Assembly: GCA_951406725.2 (NCBI GenBank)
Contig: OX597816.1
Coordinates: 96,968,001 to 97,032,000, forward strand
DNA: 64,000 nt
Source of the DNA: Octopus vulgaris
Lineage: Eukaryota
Direction of reading: 5' to 3'
A program made the position numbers and the translations under genes. Positions 41,676 to 52,653 of this stretch are shown piece by piece. Each line of letters starts with the position of its first letter. Position 1 is the stretch's first letter. The notes beneath the pieces were generated by a model. It did no database searches, was not told the origin of the DNA, and was given only the letters and a program-made list of their open reading frames with translations.

Positions 41676-42204
41676 ATATATGTGTATATTGGCAGGGCTT
41701 GACTGCTAGGAAGTCGGCCGTATGCTAGAAACAGATCATCAACGATCAAACTACCAAGGAATTCTCTGTAGGAAAAATTCAGCGAACACCAGAACCAAAT
41801 TTGGCGGGCAACTGCAGCCCTCCATTCAGGAATTTCTTAGCGCGCCAGAACCTAGACATTTGAAATTTTATCCCTAATGTAATCGGTAAAACTAAGCACG
41901 TGTCTGTCTTGGCACGGAAGGCTGGGGTTAGTCTTGTAGTTTACATTTACAAAGAACGAATGCACTGATGAAGCACGGACATTTGAATTATGTAAGTAAT
42001 TCTTTTGTTAAAGGCCGAAACCGAGGTATGCATTTAATTCTGTTTTTTTATATAAATTTTCATCTGTCCTGCCCGCCAAATTTGGTTCTGGTGTTCGCTG
42101 AATTTTTCCTATAGAGAATTCCTTTGTAGTTTGATCGTTGATGATCTGTTTCTAGCATACGGCCGACTTCCTAGCAGTCAAGCCCTGCTAATATACACAT
42201 ATAT
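41676..42204. mobile_element. Fold-back element: ~135-bp inverted arms (41676-41810 / 42070-42204)
   Basis: gcagggcttgactgctaggaagtcggccg...ttggcgggca vs tgcccgccaa...cggccgacttcctagcagtcaagccctgc; few mismatches. Confidence 0.9.
41959..42034 (+). ncRNA. Type I hammerhead ribozyme
   Basis: aatgca-CTGATGA-[stem II with inner hairpin gaattat/gtaattc]-GAAA-cc-ga-gg-TA-tgcatt; perfect 6-bp stem I. Confidence 0.75.
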
Positions 42205-42307
42205 TAGAATTTTCTCTGACTTCTCAGATTTTTTGTATGCTAGACTACTGGTTTTAAATTGATATTAAAATTAATATTAATTTATCTCCCTCATTATTTA
42301 AATATTG

Positions 42308-42389
<82 letters not shown>

Positions 42390-42432
42390 TGTTTCCTGTT
42401 CATGCGTGATCCCTGTTTATGCGAGTTACCTG

Positions 42433-42518
42433 TTCATCCTGATGAGGGGGTCATTGCCATGATGCACTTTAAATGCAATCGAACCGCGGTAATGAGCTCC
42501 CGAAATGGGTATAGGTGT
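42433..42518 (+). ncRNA. Hammerhead motif with long stem II and decayed stem III
   Basis: CTGATGA-gggggtcattgcc...ggtaatgagctccc-GAAA-tgggta. Confidence 0.6.
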
Positions 42519-43054
42519 ATTTGAATTGATTTTGTGGATCTCTTTTTGCTCATGGACACTAACCCACGATGGTTTTAAGAATTGAACTTTTTGGACGTAC
42601 TTTTGTGAGTGTGGTGGTGGTGGTGGTGGGGTAAAAAAACATTAAAAATATTTTTAGTCGATTGATATTATATTTTAATCTTAGTTTATTTAGTTTTTTA
42701 GTAGCATGACACGCTTTAGAATTTTTATGAATGTTTAGTCGTTATATTTACCTTTTGGTAGGCCGTTCCATATATTTGTATTTTATTTGCATATATATAT
42801 TTTTACTTTCTGCGTTTTTATGTATATGTATATTTTTATATGTTTTAAGAACCATGGTAATACTTATATATGATCCAATGTTTGAGGTAAGGTGCTATAT
42901 ATAAAATCGCTGAATCGAATTTGATCTATGATCAATGTTTCCTTATATTTGTCTTATTTACATTTGAGCACTTCTTTTTTGCAGTCCTATAAACTCTTGT
43001 TTCTATAAAAAAAGACAAAACTTGATTCTTGTCGTATACATACATACATACATT

Positions 43055-43131
<77 letters not shown>

Positions 43132-43201
43132 GTAACTACATATTGATCGTTGTCAATTTTTCCTCCATCTTTCTTTTGTCTTGGACTTTCCTCTGTCTCC
43201 C

Positions 43202-43236
43202 TTTTCTGAAGAAGAGCTTTGCTCGAAACGTAAAAC
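43202..43236 (+). ncRNA. Minimal type I hammerhead ribozyme, canonical core
   Basis: ttt-CTGAAGA-a-gagc-ttt-gctc-GAAAC-GTA-aaa; palindromic ACGT stem III typical of dimer-cleaving PLE hammerheads. Confidence 0.75.
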
Positions 43237-43480
43237 TACATTTCCTTCATTCCCTGAGCGTCTGTTAATACTTTGCATGTACCAAGTGTGTGTGCCTATG
43301 TATGTATGTATATATATATATATATATATATATAGGTGTAAGAAGGTTGAATTTAGATTCCTCCTTTAATTTGGAGTTTTCCAAAAAAGATTTCTAATAT
43401 TGATTCTTCATATTTTACTGGTAGTTTACAGGCGTAAATTTTTGAATATGAAAATAACACTTTTATATGATGCGTTGTGA

Positions 43481-43836
43481 ATTTATGGAAAGAAATCCCA
43501 TAAAACTCAACAATTTAGTTGAAAATGAAGAAGAAAAGTTGTTAAAATACATAAGAGAATTTTAATTCATGCAGACGATCGTTTCGTACAGAGATATAAA
43601 AATAATGCAAATTCATGGTTGAATTGAATTAAAGTAAATCAATTAAATTAATTAATTATATATAAATTTGTTTACTAAATTTAATTTAATTCAATTCAAC
43701 CATGAATTTGCATTATTTATATATCTCTGTATGAAACGATCGTCTGCATGAATTAAAATTCTCTTATATATTTTAACAAATTCTCTTCTCCATTTTTAAC
43801 TAAATTGTTGAGTTTTAGTGGATTTCTTTCCAAAAA
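43481..43836. repeat. Long palindrome: ~155-bp arms with ~45-bp AT-rich spacer
   Basis: tggaaagaaatcc...catgcagacgatcgtttc...catggttgaattgaattaaa vs tttaattcaattcaaccatg...gaaacgatcgtctgcatg...ggatttctttcca. Confidence 0.9.
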
Positions 43837-43848
43837 TATATTTGGATG

Positions 43849-43946
<98 letters not shown>

Positions 43947-43978
43947 AGAGAGAGAGAGAAAAAGAGAGTGACAGAGAA

Positions 43979-44019
<41 letters not shown>

Positions 44020-47000
44020 ATATGTATATGTCGCTTATATCTATTTTCTGATAAGCCTACCTGCTATTTGAGATACCAGTGACAGAAAGATCACTACTAC
44101 TCTATGTATCGTTGGCAGTGACATTTTGCTGCTATGCAGCAATTGGACGCTTACAACTGAAGAAGCACCGCACGTTGAAATCAAGTGACCTGGCAGTCTC
44201 TGCAGCTGTGTAATACGGTTTTTGTCATTGCTTTTATCGACGTACTTATATAAAGGAACCTCCTAATCCGAATATTGCGGTATTCGGCGTTCTAATAATA
44301 CATCCACATTAAGTTATAAAGATTGGTGCTCGGTATTTATTCTGCATCCGTCTTTAATACACATACACACACGCACACATACACACACAACACAACGCAC
44401 ATACTCGCACATACACGCACACACACATATATATACATACACATATGTATTTACTTACATAGACATATACGATCTGGAGTACTCAATAACGTGTTGCAGT
44501 GTATTTAGTTTTTTTAAACTAAGTATCTTGTGACGAGTTTGATTTTGCTGCGATCCTCAGTCGAAAACGATCCAATTTGCTCGTGCTCGTCATTTATTCC
44601 CGCTAGTGTAGTTATGATCTATTTTTGGGGTAAATTAATTTGTTTTGTTTTTGCCCTTTTTTTCTAGCAGTTATTTTTGTATTTGGTGGTTTGCTATTTA
44701 TTTTGTTTTGCGCCTTTTTCGTTCCTTGTTTTCTTTTTCTAATTAGAGGCTTGTAAAGTGATCTCATTTTCAAGTTGTTTCATTTATTACTAATAATTTT
44801 GTGTGGTAATAGCAAAATTTGTTATGAATTTGAAGTATGACCGGAACTGTCACTACGGATGTCAATGGTCTGACATCTTTGGATGTCGTCATGTAAATTC
44901 AGCTTTTAGTTGTTTGAAATTTTAGTTCATTATCTTCTGTGAATAAATTTTCATTAACGCAGATTACTATTTTTCTCAGTATTAATATATTTTCCATTCT
45001 CTTGTGTTTTTCATTCGAGAGTTATCAATTCAAGTATTTTAGCATTTAATTCACTATATATTCTTTATGTAGAAGGCATTCTGTGGAAAATATCCATTAT
45101 CAATATTTTAATTTCAGTGTTTTCACATTAAAAAAAATCTAATGAAATTTGTTTTGCTGAGATGTTGGCTATCTTGGAATAAACCATGCTTTACTAAAGA
45201 TGTCCTACACTATCAGAATACAGCCTGAGTTCTCACCATGGAAAATGAAAATCGGACTAAATCACCTGCCTAACTGTCACCATTTAATTTTAATTTTTAT
45301 TTGATCGAATCTTTGGGAGGTTTGTCTCTTGTGAGGACACATTTTTAATGTTTATTTTCTTAGGAATGTTATAATTGTACTAAAAAATTATTTTCGGCTC
45401 ACTACCTCATTCTTTTAGCTTTCAATTTATGTAGTATCTTCATATTAAAGGTACTTTTGGAAACTTTTGCCAAACCATTGCCTAAACATTGAATGTTCAC
45501 ACTCGCACACAAACACAATCTCACTCTCACCCTCTCTTTTTCACTCTCTCTTCCACACACACGCGCACACACAAACAAACTAATCTTATTGATGTTTCTG
45601 AGATGTCAGATATTCAATGGAATATACGTTTGCTGGAGACGTCCATTACCACCGAAATATGTTCGGTGTTTCACCACAGTTAACAAGGATCAGAACTACT
45701 TGCTTTTATTCTGTATATTTCCATTCAATCGTAGTTTGTGTGTGATTGAAATTTCGAGAGATCCCCCACCTGCCCCTATTGAAAAAAAAATTTCATTGGT
45801 TCTATTGACTATTGTATAATTTTCAATTGATGAAAACTTATTTTTGCTTTACCATATCAAGAATCTTGCGCTGAACTTAACCATAGGCTCTTCATGCTGA
45901 AGGCAGCCTTGGATAACTTTCCAATATCGACATTTTAATTGGCTTAATCAGTTAATGCTTGTCAGGCTAAAAACTAATCTTATTTGTCAGTTTGAGATCT
46001 TCACAGCAGTCTTTGCCTTAGATTATACTTCTCTACGGAGCTCCGATACAGATCTGATGTTGTCATCATGGCTGCCAAATATCTCACTCACGGTTTGTTT
46101 GCATTTAAATATGTAATTTATATTTGATTGAAACTAAAGTTCTCTACATCATCACTTCTCACAATAAAGATCTTTTAAAACCAATTACTATTTTCCTCGT
46201 CAGGGTTATATCTTCAATTAATTAGAGTAGCAATTATATCATGTGTCACCGTTACTTATTCGTTGATGATAGAACATTCAATTTACCTTGAATTATTAGA
46301 ATTATTCCGTCAAATTTGTATCGATTCAGTTCTGAATTTGGCCAGGCCAGTCAGAGTTACATCGTGTATTAATTTCCTCCCCACTAAATCTTCGAGAAAC
46401 TACGAATGGATTTTGGATTCAAACAAAGATTATGTATATACATGTGGATTAGACTATTCTTGTCCTGGTTAAACATACATTGTTCTTTGCCTAAAGACAC
46501 AGAATATAATGCTTCTACAATTTCTGAAGCATTCCATTTGGAAGAGGAAAAAAATAGTATTGGTCACCGTGACATTGTTTTACGTGGAGGTGATCAAGGG
46601 TTACAGGGAATTGTATTGTCGGTAGCTATTGTAAAGTTGAAACATGATGGCTCGTATGTTTTTCAAAGAATCAACGGGAACTAAAAGGAAAATGTTACCA
46701 AGGCTTCTTAGACTAAATGCAAAGTGACAACCCAAATGGCTGATTTAGTAGCGATGGTGCTCTTTCATAATGTTTCAAAATGAGATCTAAGTTCTGGAAA
46801 AGAACAAAACAAAAACTCGATGCTGTTATATATAGATTTCGTACATGAGGAACAACTACTCACAAAAGTATTGATTCCTGAGATGATGAAGATAATCTAT
46901 ATAGTTATCCAATGCTGAACCTGATCAGTGGAAACTTTGATAAACTGCTCCAAAGCCATATTTTAATCTAAACAAAGGGAGGTATTGTAGAGCTATTGGA

Positions 47001-47881
47001 AAATTTAAATATGGTTAATTGACTTAGTAATGGAACAAGAATTCGAATAACGCATCTACACAAATTACACGGACACATCATAGGTAGTGATATCGTTACA
47101 AAAATAGAACAATAGAAAACGAGGCATTGTATCAGTAATTAAACTGAGACATTAAGGCACCAATCTAGCATTCGTCTATCATGCTATTAACATTCAGAGA
47201 CATTAGGAAGAAGTCTTCATTGAATTCTTTACAAAAATTTTTCTATCAAATTGCTTAAAACTTAAGAAAAAACTTTATGCGTATCTGTGTAAATGTGTGT
47301 ATATGTGTGTGTGTGCGTACGCACGCGCCTGTAATTGTATGTGTGTGTGCGTGCTTGCGTGCATGTGTGTGCATGTGAGTATGTGTGTATGTGTATCTCT
47401 GTCTCTGTCTGTCTCCGTCTACACACACAAACGCATACACATATACATGCATATACACACGCATAAACACACACACACACACGCATAAACACACGCACAC
47501 ACACACACACACGTAGAATCAACAGGCGATATACAGGGGTGCTCAATATAGAAAACACTTTGTAATACTCATGATTTGAACATGTAATCCTAAATCTTTA
47601 TCGAAAATTGAGTCTGTGAAGTAAAGAGTGGCTATAAATGGAATCCAGTTGAGCAGATATACATAATGATGCAAATAAACAAATAAACACGCTTGAGTTT
47701 GATATATAAAATATTCATACATATATACATTTAAAACGTATAGGGTGTATATATGTATGAATATTTAACTGAAATTATTCATCAGATGAACGTTTATGTA
47801 TAAGGATATATATATATATATATTACGGAGATGTACTCGCATAGCAAGTAATTTGATCTGAGATCGTGTGCTGAAACGAAA

Positions 47882-49352
47882 ACAATTGCAGCGTGGGAGG
47901 TGTTTATAAGCCATTTAAAAAACACACAAAAGCCGTTCGATTCACTCCAACATTTAAGTTTAATTTGTCAAAATATTTTCGTCGCTAAAATCCGCGACCT
48001 GTTCACTGACAAAGTCCGTGCTGCATCTAAGAAAGTAACAGTTAGTTCGTCATATATATGTATGTACGTATGTATGTGTGTATGTATGCATACATGTGTG
48101 TATGTATGTACGTATTCATGTCCGCACATACGCCTGTGTATGCATGTATGTATGTATGTATGTATGTATGTATGTATGTATGTATGTATGTATGTATGTA
48201 TGTATATATGTATGTGTGTGTATAAGCACGCACATACACTCTATAAAACATAAAGTTATAAACCTGTAGCGATGGATGGATGTAGAGTGACCACTCATCA
48301 CAACGCTATCAAATTTCAACTCCCTACGGCCGAGGCTAGAAAGTGAATTTATGACGCTTGCTCACAAGAACTATACCCTAAAATCTATTATCAGATTTTT
48401 ATCTCTATATCACAGAACTAATGTTTTACTATTGTTCGTATGTATGTATGTATGTGCGTATGTATGTATGTATGTATGTATGTATGTATGTATGTATGTA
48501 TGTATGTATGTATGTATGTACATACGTACGCATTTGCGTATGTATGTATACGCGCCCGTATGCATGTGCCCATGTATGTGTGTGTGTACATGTACGCGCG
48601 TATGTACGTGTGTATGCCCATACGTAGGTATGTATGTATGTTTGTATTCATGTGCTACGTATGTATGTGAGTGTCTAGGAGAATGGGCAGATGTGTCCGT
48701 GAGAGTGTGTACATGTGTATGTGTATGTGAACGTATGTCCGTGTACTGGCATGTGTCCGTCCAAGTTGTGTACATGACTGTTACTTAGCTGAAGGTTGTA
48801 TACATATTTACATATATGTTTGTATAGACGCACACATATATATATATGTGTGTGTGGGTGTGTGTTTGTTCCTCTCATCATCGTCTAACCGTGAATGGGT
48901 ACAACGCCTAGGTGCAACTGTTCGTATCAAACAACGTCTGCTCATACCGTTGTATATAACTGCACATACGCATTGCAACCTGTATGTAAGGACTACAGGT
49001 GAAAGGGAGAGAGAGAGAGAGGGGTGGTTATAGAATAGTCCTTCTGAATGGGATCTGGATGTTATTCCATTCGGACTTTCGGTTGAGAGTAGGTTTGTAT
49101 TCTTGTATACAAACAACTTCTGTGACCTGTCTCAACATTGCATCGGTGGGATGTGTAGATAGGATGTTCAACTTAAGCTCCCCTAAGGATCCCTTGTGGC
49201 AGTCTACAGCATGTTGGTAGAAGATGGAGTTTGGCTTCCTTTCAATGTAGTTGTCCAGGTGTTCTTTGAACCTATCATTGATGCTTCTAGAGGTCTCAAC
49301 TATGTATGACTCCGGGTTAGCCGCGCAAGCTCCCTCCTGGCACTTAATCTGG
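47882..49352 (-). repeat. Left inverted arm (copy of the GIY-YIG coding end and 3' UTR)
   Basis: Minus ORF 49028-49411 reproduces QIKCQEGAC...FRRTIL with two residue changes; mirrored ORF sets on both sides. Confidence 0.95.
47964..48013 (-). ncRNA. Hammerhead-like motif with G3-C8 core (left-arm copy)
   Basis: Exact reverse complement of 52527-52576. Confidence 0.6.
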
Positions 49353-51518
49353 AACAGAGAGATTGTATGTTTCCCGACTGACAAATCAGGTAGGATGTCT
49401 GTTGACAACATACCTAATTACATCACGAACATGCAACCACACATCAGAGACATGACAGAAATCAGAGACATGACAGAAACCACAACACTCGAATATATCG
49501 AGAACGAAAAGATCGTCAATGCTCACATGGGGATGTGGAGTATAATTCTCCAGTCGGAGAAGCGCACAGCTAACAACTTCTTAACCACCAACAACGAAAT
49601 CCCACCCCTATATGGCCTTCGCAAAGATCACAAGAGCCACACGGACAATATACTTGGGCCACCCACCCGACCCGTTTGTGGTGCCAACAATGCAAACAAC
49701 CACAAAATATCATACTTTCTCTCACAATTCCTACGACCGTTAATAGAACTATCTGCAGATGTATGTGACAGTACTGAGGACCTCCTTAGCAGGATCCGCG
49801 AATGCAACAACACGTGTGACCTCAAGAACCACATCGTGGGTAGCATGGATGTGGTATCACTATACCCCTCCATCGATATAGACTTTGCTGTCGATAAATG
49901 TATAGAAATAGTTAGTGAGAGTGGTATGATATTTAAGAATGTGGATGTATATGAACTAGGGCTCTTCCTGGCCCTGACGTGTACCAATGAATACCTGTCG
50001 CGCAATAACCTTCTATATGCTTGTCCCACCCGTAACAAACGCGGTAGACCACCTACCATTACCTCGGCTTACAGGAAGACTCACTGTGAGCGTTGGCAGG
50101 GATGGACAAAGCCGGACTACCCACCCTCAAGTGCACACGATATTAGAACCACCATCGCACATGCCATCGGTGTCAGCCTGAGATTTACGCTAAAAACACA
50201 TATTTTTAAATTTGACAACAAACTGTATAAGCAAACGAAAGGCGGTGCTATTGGAGTGGGGATCGCCGGTGACGTTGCTAACCTCTTCATGGTATGGTGG
50301 GGCAAGCGTTTTAAACAGTGCCTAGCAAACCGTAACATCCACTTGGCTATGTACTCTCGTTACGTCGACGACATTAACCTTGTTGTGAAATGTAATACAG
50401 ACACAGTTATGGGCCCTCTACCAAGTGAAGAACAGGTGATGACATCTATACAACACATAGCTGACTCTATCCACAGCAGTATAAAACTTACCATAGACTA
50501 CCCCTCTAGACACCCCAGTAAACGATTACCCGTCCTAGATACTGAGCTATGGATGGAAGACGCTATGGTTAATGGTACCATTAAACCATGTATACTCCAC
50601 TCACACTATCAGAAACCGATGGCTAATCCACTAGTAATCCGTAGTGACTCAGCTATGTCGGATACTGCCAAACTCAACATCCTAGTGGCAGACTTAGTTA
50701 GAGTAATGAGGAATGTATCACCACTATGCCAACCACAAGAACGACAACAACACATCCAGCACTACATATTCCGAATGCAACGTTCCGGATACACACAAGA
50801 CGATAGAGTCAGGGTGTACAAAGGAGCGAAAGCTAGATTCGAACGCATTCTAGGGAACGACGAAAACGGTATATGCCCCCTGTACCGCAACAAGTTCTGG
50901 AATAGGTTAGAGAGGGACACCAACAAGAAGATGAGAAACGTTACTTGGTACGATAACAGGAGATTTCACGGAGTGATGTTCGTTGACGTCACACCTATGA
51001 ACGAGCTAAGTAAGGCATTCAAGAAAGTCCTGCGCACTACGGGCCTAAAAGTTAAAGTTGTAGAAAAGACAGGTAGGACTATCAAATCGGCATTATGCAG
51101 ATCATATCCATTTGATAGAATCACCTGTCAGAGTAATTGTGCAGTGTGTTCGACAAATCCACACGTAAATTGTAAAACCAAGGGCACTGTATACCAGATT
51201 AAGTGCCAGGAGGGAGCTTGCGCGGCTAACCCGGAGTCATACATAGGTGAGACCTCTAGAAGCATCAATGATAGGTTCAAAGAACACCTGGACAACTACA
51301 TTGAAAGGAAGCCAAACTCCATCTTCTACCAACATGCTGTAGACTGCCACAAGGGATCCTTAGGGGAGCTTAAGTTGAACATCCTATCTACACATCCCAC
51401 CGATGCAATGTTGAGACAGGTCACAGAAGCTGTTTGTATACAAGAATACAAACCTACTCTCAACCGAAAGTCCGAATGGAATAACATCCAGATCCCATTC
51501 AGAAGGACTATTCTATAA
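49251..51518 (+). CDS. PLE polyprotein: reverse transcriptase + C-terminal GIY-YIG endonuclease (native frame from ~49353, 5'-truncated)
   Basis: PTDKSG; VGSMDVVSLYPSID (A); QTKGGAIGVGIAGDVANLFM (B); SRYVDDI (C); LPVLD; YQKP; CQSNCAVC...CKTKGTVYQIKC...YIGETSRSINDRFKEH...E..I...PTLN. No stop in 755 codons. Confidence 0.95.
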   Translation: MSRCSLNLSLMLLEVSTMYDSGLAAQAPSWHLIWNREIVCFPTDKSGRMSVDNIPNYITNMQPHIRDMTEIRDMTETTTLEYIENEKIVNAHMGMWSIILQSEKRTANNFLTTNNEIPPLYGLRKDHKSHTDNILGPPTRPVCGANNANNHKISYFLSQFLRPLIELSADVCDSTEDLLSRIRECNNTCDLKNHIVGSMDVVSLYPSIDIDFAVDKCIEIVSESGMIFKNVDVYELGLFLALTCTNEYLSRNNLLYACPTRNKRGRPPTITSAYRKTHCERWQGWTKPDYPPSSAHDIRTTIAHAIGVSLRFTLKTHIFKFDNKLYKQTKGGAIGVGIAGDVANLFMVWWGKRFKQCLANRNIHLAMYSRYVDDINLVVKCNTDTVMGPLPSEEQVMTSIQHIADSIHSSIKLTIDYPSRHPSKRLPVLDTELWMEDAMVNGTIKPCILHSHYQKPMANPLVIRSDSAMSDTAKLNILVADLVRVMRNVSPLCQPQERQQHIQHYIFRMQRSGYTQDDRVRVYKGAKARFERILGNDENGICPLYRNKFWNRLERDTNKKMRNVTWYDNRRFHGVMFVDVTPMNELSKAFKKVLRTTGLKVKVVEKTGRTIKSALCRSYPFDRITCQSNCAVCSTNPHVNCKTKGTVYQIKCQEGACAANPESYIGETSRSINDRFKEHLDNYIERKPNSIFYQHAVDCHKGSLGELKLNILSTHPTDAMLRQVTEAVCIQEYKPTLNRKSEWNNIQIPFRRTIL

Positions 51519-52653
51519 CCACCCCTCTCTCTCTCTCCCTTTCACCTGTAGTCCTTACATACAGGTTGCAATGCGTATGTGCAGTTATATACAACGGTAT
51601 GAGCAGACGTTGTTTGATACGAACAGTTGCACCTAGGCGTTGTACCCATTCACGGTTAGACGATGATGAGAGGAACAAACACACACCCACACACACATAT
51701 ATATATATGTGTGCGTCTATACAAACATATATGTAAATATGTATACAACCTTCAGCTAAGTAACAGTCATGTACACAACTTGGACGGACACATGCCAGTA
51801 CACGGACATACGTTCACATACACATACACATGTACACACTCTCACGGACACATCTGCCCATTCTCCTAGACACTCACATACATACGTAGCACATGAATAC
51901 AAACATACATACATACCTACGTATGGGCATACACACGTACATACGCACGTACATGTACACACACACATACATGGGCACATGCATACGGGCGCGTATACAT
52001 ACATACGCACATGCGTACGTATGTACATACATACATACATACATACATACATACATACATACATACATACATACATACATACATACGCACATACATACAT
52101 ACATACGAACAATAGTAAAACATTAGTTCTGTGATATAGAGATAAAAATCTGATAATAGATTTTAGGGTATAGTTCTTGTGAGCAAGCGTCATAAATTCA
52201 CTTTCTAGCCTCGGCCGTAGGGAGTTGAAATTTGATAGCGTTGTGATGAGTGGTCACTCTACATCCATCCATCGCTACAGGTTTATAACTTTATGTTTTA
52301 TAGAGTGTATGTGCGTGCTTATACACACACATACATATATACATACATACATACATACATACATACATACATACATACATACATACATACATACATGCAT
52401 ACACAGGCGTATGTGCGGACATGAATACGTACATACATACACACATGTATGCATACATACACACATACATACGTACATACATATATATGACGAACTAACT
52501 GTTACTTTCTTAGATGCAGCACGGACTTTGTCAGTGAACAGGTCGCGGATTTTAGCGACGAAAATATTTTGACAAATTAAACTTAAATGTTGGAGTGAAT
52601 CGAACGGCTTTTGTGTGTTTCTTAAATGGCTTATAAACACCTCCCACGCTGCA

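Noticed and set aside
49028-49411. Stand-alone GIY-YIG nuclease gene on the minus strand
   Set aside because: It is the inverted arm; it lacks the GTVY half-motif and has YIG changed to YIV
49628-50338. Antisense and alternative-frame ORFs inside the RT
   Set aside because: Shadow ORFs with no motifs
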